A stretch of DNA of 64,000 nucleotides from a virus. How positions within the stretch are numbered: the stretch's first letter is position 1; each line of letters starts with the position of its first letter. Both the position numbers and the translations under genes were made by a program. The notes under the pieces are model-generated. The model ran no database searches and was not told the DNA's origin. It was given only the letters and a program-made list of their open reading frames with translations. Shown here piece by piece: positions 1 through 10,265 of this stretch. The stretch spans positions 1 to 64,000 of the IMG/VR virus record IMGVR_UViG_3300013426_000002. The stretch is one strand, 5' to 3'.

Positions 1-562
1 CCCCGCCATTACGTACAAATTCATCTAACTTAGCCACATCTTCGTTAGCATACTGAGGAACTGATTGTTCTTTAATAACTTCTTTAAAATAGTTAACCAA
101 TTCTTCTACAGTTTTTGGTTTTTCTTCTTTTTCATCATCATCAAATTCCCATTCCAATTCTTCTGCGATGGCATCAAATAATGCTGTAACTTTAGAAGAT
201 TCTTCTTCATCAACATCTTCATCACCATTATCATCAACATCATCTGTATCATCAGTGTCGTCGTCTTCAACTTTTTTAGACTTTTTATTTTTTGTTTTGT
301 CTTCATCAGTATCATCAACATCATCTACATCTTCATTGATGTCAATATCATCTTCTTCAGATTCCTGCTTCTTATTCTTGGAACCAGGAGTGGCAGGTCT
401 AGCTTTTGCTGATTGTTTTTTTAATTCTTCTAATTCTTCGTCAGATAATGTATCTTCATTATCTGGAGTAGGAGTAATTGTCGTAGTATTAGAATGATCT
501 TCTACGAACATGTTAGATATTGCTTCAAATCCAAATAGTGTATCGTTACTATTGTTATCCAT
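1..562 (-). CDS. Acidic D/E-rich protein, N-terminal part; the gene runs off the left edge of the window
   Basis: My own minus-strand translation from the ATG at 562-560 reads MDNNSNDTLFGFEAISNMFVEDHSNTTTITPTPDNEDTLSDEELEELKKQSAKARPATPGSKNKKQESEEDDIDINEDVDDVDD...EELEWEFDDDEKEEKPKTVEELVNYFKEVIKEQSVPQYANEDVAKLDEFVRNGG. It stays open to position 1. It is missing from the ORF track because no stop lies in the window. Track ORFs 106..324(-) and 168..497(+) are other-frame shadows of it. Confidence 0.7.
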   Translation of the reverse strand, partial: MDNNSNDTLFGFEAISNMFVEDHSNTTTITPTPDNEDTLSDEELEELKKQSAKARPATPGSKNKKQESEEDDIDINEDVDDVDDTDEDKTKNKKSKKVEDDDTDDTDDVDDNGDEDVDEEESSKVTALFDAIAEELEWEFDDDEKEEKPKTVEELVNYFKEVIKEQSVPQYANEDVAKLDEFVRNGG

Positions 563-570
563 AATTATAA

Positions 571-2931
571 TTAATTAGATTGTTTATTGTTTTTCTGTTT
601 GTCAAATTTGTACCCAATTGTAGGTATTAGTAAGGGGTTGATAAATTCCATTGGTGTCAAATTATTCATTCTGTCCACAAATCTAGATTTATTTCTATAC
701 ATATTGTATTGCATCTTATTTGCTTTATTGACAACTCCTGTGTTTCTAGGATCAAATAAAAAGTCTTCAATAATGTTTTGATCGACGCTCGAACCCCAAT
801 TTTGTATCTTACCTTCGTTTATTAAAGCTCTTTTTAAATGTAGCATGTGAGATTTTGATTCACTAGGATCTAGAAAATAAGCTTGCATATTTGGACTAAT
901 TTCAATGCCTTTACTTCGTAATTCTCCTGGACCCATAACATTACCTTCATCTAGCAAATAATTCAAATAGCGATTGTCTGCATCCGCTGCCAATTGATCT
1001 GCCAAGTGACCTAATTCATGATTAGCTGTACCAGGTAAATATTGCAACGGATCAATTGTAATAGCATAGTCATCTACATCTGGAGCAAAATCTTGCAACG
1101 GGCGTATTCTGCTGATTTTTGCATTTTTATTATCTGGTAACTCTTCATATTTGATATATTTACCACGATTAGTCATATCCCTTGCTGCTATTCTTTTATA
1201 CGCATCAATGTAGTCTGTGCCATATGCGGCATCAACTTTTTTCATTATTTCGTAAGTTTTGTCATCAGGGAATACAGCATCTTCTATGGTTTTACTAATT
1301 TCGTTCTCATATTTCTTGATATTTCTATCCCGTCTTATTACTTCAGAAAATTCGGAATCATAATCACTTTCTTCTTTTGCCTTCTTGCTTTTTGCTGTCT
1401 TGCTAGCCTTTCCAGTTAAGGCAGGAGATTCGTCAAACACACTACTACGAAGTTCAATAGGAGTATTTAATACATTTATTACTCTAGACTTTAATTTCTT
1501 TAAACCTTTTCCAACACCCCAGGGAACGAAATTCATCAATGTACTTATTACAGCATTACCGTAATTACCTTTTTCTAATTCTTCTGTAGTGGCAATTGCG
1601 TCCTTTACATAACCGGCAGGAGTAAGATAAGCCTCTGGTTGAACTAATTCTGCTTTACCCGATATTTGTTGTTGTCTCTTGTAATACTCTGGAGTACCTG
1701 GAGTACGTCCTAGTTCCTTTGGAAGAGATATTTTCTTCCCACCATCTTGGTATGCTGGATATTTACCTAAAAATTCATATTTGTCTAAAGTTTGCAACAA
1801 ATTAACAAAATCCTGTTGTTTTTCAGGAGCAATGTCAAAACGTTCAATCATATCACGCAAAGCTGAACTTGATGTGGATATCAATTTCTTGTCCTTTAAC
1901 ATTAGTCGCATTCGCTCAGCCAACACTTCGTCTGGGCTATATGTCCAATTTCCTGGTTCCCCCGATAAAATGTTTTTAAACTCTTTTCCAAAGAATTTGC
2001 TTTCGTCCGGTACCCAATATCCAGAAATAGGATCAAACTCTGCGAAAGATTTATTTGGAATTAAACTCTGTATTTCATGTTGAAATTCATGAGCTGAAGT
2101 TTCAGTAAGCTCTGATATTGGTACTCTATATTTGATATGTCTACCTCTTTCACTTTTTAATATGGTGTTGTAATCAGTTGGATGATTGTTTCGATAAATA
2201 CTACCAACATTATGTCCCCCAATAGAGTTGTCTGGTGCAACCTTATCATAGTTTCTACCTGCTATTTTTGCATTGAAATTTCCATTCTCTATTCGTTCTT
2301 GCGCAAAACTTATCCTTTGTTGATTGCTAAATTGGTTTTTAACATTGTTGATATTTCGTTCAGAAACAATGTTTGCATTTTTTACAGCTTCGGCAGTTTC
2401 ATTTATATTGGAATATGCTTTTTCTAGATATTTTCTTTTTGCTGAAAACCTAGGGTCTAGCATTTCCTTCAAAGAAGTTCCAGTTTTTGCTGAATCGAGA
2501 ATATCTGTTACATCCTGGAGTAATTCTTTTGTGTATTTAACACCTTTATTGATAGGTTTCGACATTGCATTAAATACTAATCCAGCTTCTTCTAATCCGC
2601 TTGGTAGTGGTACAGTAGCTAAAACGAATTGAGTCCTTGGATCATTAACAAATTGATTAATACCAGCAGTAGTACCTTGTTTCACAGTCTGCCAGTTTTT
2701 GGCAGTGGTATAACCTTGTGAACGAGCTATATCACCAAATTTATTTTGTGGGTATATAGTTACTTCTGGTAAACTATAACTTGGAGTATTTGAAGTATTT
2801 TTGCCATCTTCATACTCAGGTATACTATCAAATTGTTCCCTAATATCAAAATAGCTAGCATTTGGGTTTTCAGCTCTAACCGTATCATATATTTGTTTAC
2901 GCTCTTTTAATGTTAGTTCTGACCATTTCAT
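571..2931 (-). CDS. 786-aa morphogenesis-module protein with two zincin-type HExxH motifs (putative metallopeptidase-like virion protein)
   Basis: Long ORF whose start overlaps the upstream gene's stop at 2928-2931 (ATGA). It carries the motifs HEFQHEIQS and NHELGHLADQ. It lies downstream of the portal in the same operon. Confidence 0.6.
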   Translation of the reverse strand: MKWSELTLKERKQIYDTVRAENPNASYFDIREQFDSIPEYEDGKNTSNTPSYSLPEVTIYPQNKFGDIARSQGYTTAKNWQTVKQGTTAGINQFVNDPRTQFVLATVPLPSGLEEAGLVFNAMSKPINKGVKYTKELLQDVTDILDSAKTGTSLKEMLDPRFSAKRKYLEKAYSNINETAEAVKNANIVSERNINNVKNQFSNQQRISFAQERIENGNFNAKIAGRNYDKVAPDNSIGGHNVGSIYRNNHPTDYNTILKSERGRHIKYRVPISELTETSAHEFQHEIQSLIPNKSFAEFDPISGYWVPDESKFFGKEFKNILSGEPGNWTYSPDEVLAERMRLMLKDKKLISTSSSALRDMIERFDIAPEKQQDFVNLLQTLDKYEFLGKYPAYQDGGKKISLPKELGRTPGTPEYYKRQQQISGKAELVQPEAYLTPAGYVKDAIATTEELEKGNYGNAVISTLMNFVPWGVGKGLKKLKSRVINVLNTPIELRSSVFDESPALTGKASKTAKSKKAKEESDYDSEFSEVIRRDRNIKKYENEISKTIEDAVFPDDKTYEIMKKVDAAYGTDYIDAYKRIAARDMTNRGKYIKYEELPDNKNAKISRIRPLQDFAPDVDDYAITIDPLQYLPGTANHELGHLADQLAADADNRYLNYLLDEGNVMGPGELRSKGIEISPNMQAYFLDPSESKSHMLHLKRALINEGKIQNWGSSVDQNIIEDFLFDPRNTGVVNKANKMQYNMYRNKSRFVDRMNNLTPMEFINPLLIPTIGYKFDKQKNNKQSN

Positions 2932-3299
2932 TTTTCAATACCCATTAATTTATTAGCCCACATCTCTGTAAAGAAGTGGTAATAATTTTTATTCTTACAC
3001 AACACAGGGTGAACCCATGCGTGCAACAAACTTGGTAAACCTATTACAAGCAGATACAAAGGACCTAAGATTTCAGATTGTTTTGTGTGGCCCAATTCAT
3101 GATTGAGATGACTAATATTATTGAGTATAATATACTGACCAAGAGTAATACCCCCAGACATCTTAATACTAAGCTTACATCTAATATCTTCCCCACAAGT
3201 TTCTTTAGTACAGATTTCATAACCTTTATAGTACTTATATAAGGCAAGCCCCAATAAGTTTTGGGGTAATTGCCATATATACTTTAGAATCTTTTTCAT
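2928..3299 (-). CDS. Small 123-aa protein with an HExxH motif (HELGH) and hydrophobic segments
   Basis: The ORF is tightly packed between the portal and the 786-aa gene. It contains the motif LNHELGHTKQSE followed by the hydrophobic stretch ILGPLYLLVIGLPSLL. Confidence 0.6.
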   Translation of the reverse strand: MKKILKYIWQLPQNLLGLALYKYYKGYEICTKETCGEDIRCKLSIKMSGGITLGQYIILNNISHLNHELGHTKQSEILGPLYLLVIGLPSLLHAWVHPVLCKNKNYYHFFTEMWANKLMGIEK

Positions 3300-3301
3300 A
3301 T

Positions 3302-6300
3302 CTATTTCTTTTTAGATCTAGCTGCTTCTGCATTAGTTTTGTTCTTCAGAGCTGTACGTGCTTTCAATTTCTCTCTTTCCATTGCCGCTTTATCTTTTTG
3401 TGCTTGTAACTTCTTAGCTTCTTCAAGTTTACGTTTTTCTAATGCAATCTTTTCTCTTTCTATAGATGCTTTTAACTTCTCAGCTTTTTCAGCTTGTTCG
3501 ATCTTTCTGTTTTCAATCTGCTTTTTATTTTCGGCTTCACGAGCTTTATTTGCTTGTTCAATTTGTTTAGCCATTATATCAGAATGTAGACGCTGCTCTT
3601 CTATGGCTTGATTACCAATTTCAATTGGATCAGGTATACCATTGCCATCTTGGTCCATGTTCTCAGAACCCCTATAAGCATTCAATTGAGCAACTGTAAT
3701 CTTAGTAGCATTATCTTGATCAATCTTATACTTTTCAAGATCCATTTCAGCTTCTTTGAGCATAAGTTCTTGTTCTTTAATATCGTTTTGCATTTGAACA
3801 AGTTGTTGTTGCTGTTGAGCTTCTTGTTCTTGTAAGGCTTGCTGCTGCTGAATTCTATTATTTTCAATATCTCTAAGTTTTGATTTAATCATACTTAAAT
3901 TGTCCAAAGTAATGATCTCGGCGATATCTAACAATGAAGCACCGTTTTGCATAGCCGGTTGAATAAGACTGTGCAATTGTTCAATTGCTTGGTTATCCTT
4001 AGTACTATCAGATACAAAAATATCAAAGTCTTCGTAACAGAAATTATCATCTATTTGTAAGAATACTCTTGTAACATCATCTTGCATATAATGCAAATAC
4101 TTTTTAGTATCTTTCCAAGCGTATTTTGACGTGTCCAACAACATAGATAAAACTCTTTTCTTTACCTGATTGTGTAACCAGTACCAAGGCTCAGTAATAT
4201 GTGCTGATTGTACTACAGATCTTTCAACATTTCCAACCAGTTCATTGCTGGAAATAGCACCTTGTCTTTGAGGACTTACACCAGACAATTCAGATACCAT
4301 TTGTTCTATCTTATCCAACAACCCTATATAGGTATTGATAGTATTTGCCATACTTGCATCAATAGAAGCCCATTGATTGTACGGTGATGGTTTACCACCT
4401 TCTCTACCAGGAATACAGTTGTGAACTATTGTAAAATCGCCAAGTAAAAATTCGTGTGATTTGTTGTTTACGGCAATGCCATAATAATCACTAACACCTT
4501 CGTAAGTTATTGTGAAATGTGTATAATTTTTATTTACACAACGTCTATTTTTAAAGGTATATTGCTTTCTTGATACTAAACACGGTATTTCAAAATCCCC
4601 ATCAAAAATTCTTACTCTGTACATAGGTTGAGTTATCGTGTAATGCTTGTTCCTATGAATTTTTACTAATTTAGATTCTATTTTTTTAATAGATAATCTA
4701 AATCCTAAGCTTCTTGCAATAAACACAAACTTATCTACAATATTTTTATTATTTTCACATTGAGTAAATTCTATAAATCCTTTATGATTTCCTCTATCTA
4801 ATGAAATAGAACCGTCTGTATCTATTAAACCAGCTAATAATTTTAATCTATTTTCTTTATTTGTATAAATATATTCATCTGGTATATCTTTACTATTATA
4901 AATACCTAAAGATTTTAATTGTTCTATTAACGGATTTTTATTATTTTTACCATTTACATCATTGTGTGTAGAACTTAAGTAATAAGTATTAGATTTGCTA
5001 TTTCTATTAAATCTACATTTTACTTTTAGATCATGTGAATCAGCATATTCATATAAGTAGTTAACTATTTCTGAATCCATTGATTCAAATTCTGGTTGTC
5101 CAGTAGTTCCATCACCTAACCATAAACCAAGGATGTACGGATCTAAAACTGGTTCAGAATTCCATGAATCAATATTACTAGCTCTTTCTAAAAAGCATCT
5201 TTGACTATAGTAAGGATTTTGTTTAAATTTTAAAATCAGATCTTTTGCTTTATCTAATCTTACTTCTTCTTTACCATTGTTTGTTCGATAAATGTATCTC
5301 ACTAAGTGATCTGCAGTAACTATTTGTTCATCAGAACCTATAGAGGGTGTAATTCTATACATTTCTGAGTTACCCCTAAACAAGTTTGTAATTACTGTAG
5401 GTTCTCCAGTAGGAGACATAACTTTATCGTATAATTGTAAATTTTCAATATTCCTTAATTTACCATCTGCCATCAATACTTTGGTACCTTTAGCGAAACA
5501 CCATCCTTCTTCATATGGATTCACGAATACTACACCCAGTGCATTCATGTAATGCATCCATTTATCAACATCAATACCCATACTCTTAGGTATCTGAGTA
5601 ATGTCAATAACAGGAAGTTTACCTTTATCTCTTGCTATAGCTAATTCTAAACGATACCACAATATAATATACATATATTGCAACGGTTTCATGATAGCCA
5701 CAAGAGACTTAGCTTTACTATTGGTATTACTATAGGCTACTCCGGTGTAGGGTAATTTACCTGAATTCAATGTAGAACTATTCTCAAATTGATATTCTAC
5801 AGGTTGCATTCCAAAGTAAAGCGCATCCTCATCACCTTCGTCTGCTGTTCTATAACCCTCCCAAGTTTCGGTAATCCATTTCCATTCAACAGATATTTCA
5901 TCACCTGTTTCTTTATAAGTTTCGTCTACTTCAATTTCTTCTACTGTTTCTGTTTCAGGATCTACAATAGTTACAAAACCTATTTTCTTAAATGACTTCC
6001 AACATACATGATACAGTATTACATCATCCAACACTCTATCTTCTAAATAACCATTAATTGAATTGTATCTATTTAAAGTTATATGATTAAAGTCATCAAC
6101 AGGACTTTTGTCAGGGCCATAACCTGAAGTGGGTTTTTGACCTACCAATTCTAATAAATGATTTAATTGTTTTTCATCTAATTTATCATAATAGTCATCA
6201 TACAGACTAGCTACTGATGTGCGTATTCTTCTTACGCACCAAGATGCTTCATCTACAAATTCAATACCTTCTTCTGCAGGATATTTAAAGTCCATAGTAT

Positions 6301-6970
6301 TAACTCTCTCTGCAAATGGATCACCATTTCTAATACCTACATAATAGAATTCTAATCCACCGCACAAAGCATCTTTAAATCCTTTTTCAAATTCGTGTGG
6401 TAAATTTAATTTTTTCCATAAGAAGTTCAAAGAATTGTATGCTGTTATTTCAGCAGTATCTTTGTAACTTTTGGTTAAGTATTCTTGTATTTTTTCTGGT
6501 GTCTGTATTTCGCCTGTTTGTAGAGCTTGCTGAAATCTTTGTTGTTCCTCTGGACCTAATTGTGCCATCATAGCAGCTTGTGCATATTCAAGTAGCATTT
6601 GTTTAGCTTTTTCTTGGATATCTCCAGCAGCAGCATCACTAGTTCTGCATACATTATAATTAAATGGTCTCTTTGTTTCTTCACCCAACAGCAAATCAAT
6701 CTTAGGTCTAATGATATTGTAATCCTGTGCCATTGCTGGAAAACCATCATCCTGATTGAAAGGATTTGTTACATATTTAAGATCCTTCTCATTATAAATG
6801 CTATTATATAAATCATAATAACTCTGCAATTCTTCTTCATCGGGAATAGAATTAGCAGAAGCAAAACCAGATATACCTATAAAATAGTCCACACAATCTC
6901 TACGCCACTCTTCTGTTTTTTTGGACATAGGTAGCTTTTGTACAGGCATGTTTGATATATTTCTTTCCAT
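3302..6970 (-). CDS. Portal protein precursor interrupted by an in-frame intein; exteins are 5501..6970 and 3302..4417, about 861 aa after splicing
   Basis: It lies immediately downstream of TerL, with the TerL stop at 6973. The ORF is 1222 aa and has a long K/E/Q-rich coiled-coil C-terminal tail. The portal call rests on position and size. An intein is embedded in it (next feature). Confidence 0.7.
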   Translation of the reverse strand: MERNISNMPVQKLPMSKKTEEWRRDCVDYFIGISGFASANSIPDEEELQSYYDLYNSIYNEKDLKYVTNPFNQDDGFPAMAQDYNIIRPKIDLLLGEETKRPFNYNVCRTSDAAAGDIQEKAKQMLLEYAQAAMMAQLGPEEQQRFQQALQTGEIQTPEKIQEYLTKSYKDTAEITAYNSLNFLWKKLNLPHEFEKGFKDALCGGLEFYYVGIRNGDPFAERVNTMDFKYPAEEGIEFVDEASWCVRRIRTSVASLYDDYYDKLDEKQLNHLLELVGQKPTSGYGPDKSPVDDFNHITLNRYNSINGYLEDRVLDDVILYHVCWKSFKKIGFVTIVDPETETVEEIEVDETYKETGDEISVEWKWITETWEGYRTADEGDEDALYFGMQPVEYQFENSSTLNSGKLPYTGVAYSNTNSKAKSLVAIMKPLQYMYIILWYRLELAIARDKGKLPVIDITQIPKSMGIDVDKWMHYMNALGVVFVNPYEEGWCFAKGTKVLMADGKLRNIENLQLYDKVMSPTGEPTVITNLFRGNSEMYRITPSIGSDEQIVTADHLVRYIYRTNNGKEEVRLDKAKDLILKFKQNPYYSQRCFLERASNIDSWNSEPVLDPYILGLWLGDGTTGQPEFESMDSEIVNYLYEYADSHDLKVKCRFNRNSKSNTYYLSSTHNDVNGKNNKNPLIEQLKSLGIYNSKDIPDEYIYTNKENRLKLLAGLIDTDGSISLDRGNHKGFIEFTQCENNKNIVDKFVFIARSLGFRLSIKKIESKLVKIHRNKHYTITQPMYRVRIFDGDFEIPCLVSRKQYTFKNRRCVNKNYTHFTITYEGVSDYYGIAVNNKSHEFLLGDFTIVHNCIPGREGGKPSPYNQWASIDASMANTINTYIGLLDKIEQMVSELSGVSPQRQGAISSNELVGNVERSVVQSAHITEPWYWLHNQVKKRVLSMLLDTSKYAWKDTKKYLHYMQDDVTRVFLQIDDNFCYEDFDIFVSDSTKDNQAIEQLHSLIQPAMQNGASLLDIAEIITLDNLSMIKSKLRDIENNRIQQQQALQEQEAQQQQQLVQMQNDIKEQELMLKEAEMDLEKYKIDQDNATKITVAQLNAYRGSENMDQDGNGIPDPIEIGNQAIEEQRLHSDIMAKQIEQANKAREAENKKQIENRKIEQAEKAEKLKASIEREKIALEKRKLEEAKKLQAQKDKAAMEREKLKARTALKNKTNAEAARSKKK
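4418..5500 (-). mobile_element. Intein (361 aa) with a LAGLIDADG homing endonuclease domain, inside the portal gene
   Basis: The N-terminal splice junction is EEGW|CFAKGTKVLMADG, with the Cys codon at 5500-5498. A TxxH block is present (VTADHLV). Two LAGLIDADG motifs are present (LGLWLGDGTTG and LLAGLIDTDGSIS). The C-terminal junction is FTIVHN|CIPGREGG, with Asn at 4420-4418 and the +1 Cys at 4417-4415. The length of 1083 nt is in frame. Confidence 0.85.
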
Positions 6971-6972
6971 AT

Positions 6973-9045
6973 TTAGTTAGTAAACATATAAGTGGTTGTA
7001 CTAAAACTGTTATTTATCTGTGGCTCGTAAGTATTATTATAATTTTTAAACAAAGGAGCATTAAACAATCTGATCTGCTTCTCCTTTTCGGTTTTTTGTT
7101 TTACCTGGTAATTATACAATTGTTCTTTGTATATCATAATCTGTAGTAATGCCATTACTCGGTCGACATTTATCTTTTCATTATATTTGATTAATTCCTC
7201 AAGCAACGGTTCAGACATAATAGTGTTTAATCTCAAAGTATCATTACCGAGATCTTCTTCAAGCCATTCTTTTATTCTATCAATACCCCAAGCTTTAATT
7301 TCTTTCGTCATGTGGCATCCTTTTCCTCTATTTACTTTAGATGAATTGGTAATATCTCGTATAATATCTGGTTGATCAGCTAATAAATAATTACAATGCT
7401 TATTGTTAAAATATGTAAAAATACCAGTATTCTGATTTTCTACCATAGCTTTAGCATTATAATATTTAAGTAATTTGCGAACATTCTCATAGAACTCTTC
7501 AGCTGTTTTAGGTCTCCCGGTATATTCTGCTACTATAACATCTTGATAGGATTCAAAGTCTTGAAATCGTTTGTAGATCAAACAACAACCTAAAGAGTTA
7601 GTACCAGATTGATCTTGATCGTACGGGTCAATACCAGCTACATATAAACCAAAAGGTGCATCTTTTACAGGATGCTCCCATATTACTACAGCCCCTGTAG
7701 GATCTGCTGTTTTAGATAAAGGGAATTCTTTTATATCATTCTTGTTCTTTGATATATTCCATACTATTTCCCCTTTTACCTCAGTAAGATATCCTACTTG
7801 TTTAGCATTGGCTAATTTTTTATTAGTTCTTATCTTAGCTAATTGCTTCTGTAATTCCTTCTTAGGGAATATATTACCAGACAATTCAGTAAAAGCTTCA
7901 GCTGGGGTTTCTGCATGTTCTGCAGTATATCTATCTACTTGTTGAGAACTTTTAGCACTTTTTAATTCTTCTTCTCTAAGATTTAATATGAATTCTCTAG
8001 CTTTTTCATGTAATGTATTGCCATCTTCATCCATATACAATCTCTTACCATTCTCATCACGTATATCTAGATTAGTATGCTGCGGTACAAAGAATCCACA
8101 TGGTTTACCACCTTGTGCTCCTTCATCCCATATATTATCGAATTCAATACAATTGAATGCTTTAGGATCATAAAACGCATTTCTTAAACCTGCTACATTA
8201 TCACCTTCATCACCACCTGTACCAAACATAATCATTAAGCCGAATGCCACACCATCTTGCTCTACAGAAGGTCTAGCAATTTGCCACGCTGCTTCTAATT
8301 GGTTATTAGACCCGGCTTCTTCCCATAAGATTAATTTACCAGCTTTACCACGTACTGAATCAGGATTATCTTTAATAGATACACCCATTATCTCAGACTT
8401 GTATCCTATTTCTACTTTATTACCATAATCATCAGTAACGAGCATAGAAGCTCTACGTCTCATGGCTGTATTTGATACTTGTCTCTTTTTACCCCAGGCA
8501 GTATTACTGTCAATAAAATCCATGTAATCCCAAGCCTTGGTAAGAATACCATCTTCTGTTAAATACTGCTTATTAGCAGCATATACATATGATTTTGAAT
8601 TAGGTATTAGAAAGAAGTTTCTACATAGCATAGCACCACCTTTGTAACTGAAGCCTTTACGTCTAGCTTTTGCTACGCATAAGTGTTTACCTTGATTCTC
8701 AGCTTCTTCTATAGACAAGAAATAGTAATAGTCGTAATCATAAAAATCAGGAAAAGCTGTTTCACGAGTTTTCTTTACCACATCCCGTCCTTTTGCATCT
8801 TTTGTAATCTTATAGACAATTCTTTGAATAGGACAATAATTAAGATAGAAATAGTTATAACCTGTAATGTAATCACCATCCTCCGCAGTAAACCCGTTAA
8901 TACATCTATCCATTTCGGTCTCCCAAAATGAAAAGTATTCTGAAGTTCCTTTAGGGTATAAACAGTAAGAGCCGGTCTCCATAAACTGGATGGCCGGCTG
9001 TCTAAATTTATTTGAATTTATTATCTTCTTACTGAAATCAACCAT
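6973..9045 (-). CDS. terL: Terminase large subunit
   Basis: Starts MVDFSKKIINSNKFRQPAIQFMETGSY at the ATG at 9045. It has a deviant Walker A (KARRKGFSYKGG), a Walker B-like LILWEEAG and a nuclease-domain pattern (VAGIDPYDQD). The track's longer form (start 9261) overlaps a separate small ORF and was trimmed. Confidence 0.8.
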   Translation of the reverse strand: MVDFSKKIINSNKFRQPAIQFMETGSYCLYPKGTSEYFSFWETEMDRCINGFTAEDGDYITGYNYFYLNYCPIQRIVYKITKDAKGRDVVKKTRETAFPDFYDYDYYYFLSIEEAENQGKHLCVAKARRKGFSYKGGAMLCRNFFLIPNSKSYVYAANKQYLTEDGILTKAWDYMDFIDSNTAWGKKRQVSNTAMRRRASMLVTDDYGNKVEIGYKSEIMGVSIKDNPDSVRGKAGKLILWEEAGSNNQLEAAWQIARPSVEQDGVAFGLMIMFGTGGDEGDNVAGLRNAFYDPKAFNCIEFDNIWDEGAQGGKPCGFFVPQHTNLDIRDENGKRLYMDEDGNTLHEKAREFILNLREEELKSAKSSQQVDRYTAEHAETPAEAFTELSGNIFPKKELQKQLAKIRTNKKLANAKQVGYLTEVKGEIVWNISKNKNDIKEFPLSKTADPTGAVVIWEHPVKDAPFGLYVAGIDPYDQDQSGTNSLGCCLIYKRFQDFESYQDVIVAEYTGRPKTAEEFYENVRKLLKYYNAKAMVENQNTGIFTYFNNKHCNYLLADQPDIIRDITNSSKVNRGKGCHMTKEIKAWGIDRIKEWLEEDLGNDTLRLNTIMSEPLLEELIKYNEKINVDRVMALLQIMIYKEQLYNYQVKQKTEKEKQIRLFNAPLFKNYNNTYEPQINNSFSTTTYMFTN

Positions 9046-9046
9046 G

Positions 9047-9238
9047 TTACTTCTTCTTAAACCAATTCTTAATCTTTTGCCAGGTTGAAATTTTAATGGG
9101 TGTTTTTTCTGGAATTGGCATACTACCTTTACAAGGTGTATCCAAATATTCCTGATGTTTCTTGTATGCTTCTGTAAAATCCAGAGTAATAGTACCATTA
9201 ACCTTGGCGGTTTTATTAGATGTCTTAATCTTAGCCAT
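9047..9238 (-). CDS. Small basic 63-aa protein upstream of terL
   Basis: ORF MAKIKTSNKTAKVNGTITLDFTEAYKKHQEYL.... Its stop TAA at 9049-9047 lies one base from the terL ATG. Confidence 0.55.
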   Translation of the reverse strand: MAKIKTSNKTAKVNGTITLDFTEAYKKHQEYLDTPCKGSMPIPEKTPIKISTWQKIKNWFKKK

Positions 9239-9307
9239 ATCTTTATAATTTTATGCAGCAACGCTGCTTAGTTTTTAATGTTTTAAATGGTGTTTATATT
9301 GTTACAA

Positions 9308-9838
9308 CTACTTGGCAAGCTCGAACGGATTCAGCTCTCCACCACCTCTTACTTTTGAATTTGTTAATTCTTCTGCTCTCACAGAAGCTTCGAGTAAATC
9401 TAGAGACTTTATGGTATTACCTAATGAACCCATACCTGCTAATATATCTTTTACCTTCTTTTCATCAAGTTCATCAGCTAAGGATTCACTATAGTATCTA
9501 GATATACTTTCTAATTTCTTTCTAGCATTTTGCAGTAGTTGTAGTGTTAAGGTGTTTGCAAATGCTATATAAGCTTGTTCAGCTTCAATTACTTCTTTGG
9601 GAAGTTTTATATTTTTATCTCCAAATAATTCTTGTTTTAATCTTGGCTCTATCTTATCACTGTCCATACTCTGGACATAAGGACTATCATATTTGTTTTT
9701 AAGAACTATGTATGAGATATATTTAGTAGCCATTTCTTTATCTGCCTTATCGGCATCCCATACCTTTTTAAAAGCTGGGATACCTAAAGCATCATTGTGT
9801 ATAATGACTTTACCTGCAAGTATATCAAATAATTTCAT
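9308..9838 (-). CDS. Hypothetical 176-aa protein; candidate small terminase by position only
   Basis: The ORF starts with a TAATG overlap on the upstream gene and sits just upstream of the terL cluster. I recognise no motif. Confidence 0.6.
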   Translation of the reverse strand: MKLFDILAGKVIIHNDALGIPAFKKVWDADKADKEMATKYISYIVLKNKYDSPYVQSMDSDKIEPRLKQELFGDKNIKLPKEVIEAEQAYIAFANTLTLQLLQNARKKLESISRYYSESLADELDEKKVKDILAGMGSLGNTIKSLDLLEASVRAEELTNSKVRGGGELNPFELAK

Positions 9839-10176
9839 TAGTTTTCAACTTTTGGACAACAACCGTTGCACTCCTTCTCATTTCTGTTGGCTTCTCTTAT
9901 TGTCTTCAATTCCATCATTCTTGCTATTGTAGCAGCACAAGGTATAATAAAAATTTCAGGTGCTTTGCCATCTCCTACAGAATATCCTTTAAATAATACA
10001 CTGGGTTCAGTAACCTCGTATTTTTCACCATTGTAATATAATTCACCAGCTTCTGGTAAAATGAAATAATAATCAATTATTCCATATCTATCAAAAGTAT
10101 CTTGAACGTTTGCAAGAGAACCATCCTTGCTGCATATCAAATTACCATATTTTAGATTGTAAACCATATTAATCAA
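9838..10176 (-). CDS. Hypothetical 112-aa protein
   Basis: The ORF is coupled to the downstream gene by a 1-nt overlap. Confidence 0.6.
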   Translation of the reverse strand: MINMVYNLKYGNLICSKDGSLANVQDTFDRYGIIDYYFILPEAGELYYNGEKYEVTEPSVLFKGYSVGDGKAPEIFIIPCAATIARMMELKTIREANRNEKECNGCCPKVEN

Positions 10177-10265
10177 ATTTTAAGTATCTTTGTTTATAAT
10201 GTTTATTTAAAGCATCAATAGCTTCTTGTTTTGTGTATGTCATATTAACATACTCGGGGTTACGA

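Noticed and set aside
168-497. Plus-strand Ser-rich ORF, together with similar antisense ORFs inside large genes (e.g. 3339..3611, 62089..62469, 31440..31757, 25043..25336)
   Set aside because: These are mirror-image low-complexity frames opposite D/E/K-rich coding regions on the other strand. Each is fully embedded in a much longer, better-supported gene.
6973-9261. The 762-aa form of the terminase ORF starting at 9261
   Set aside because: The first 72 codons (MLHKIIKIWLRLRHLIKPP...) are unlike protein sequence and overlap a better small ORF (9047..9238) in another frame. The conserved TerL sequence begins at the Met at 9045.
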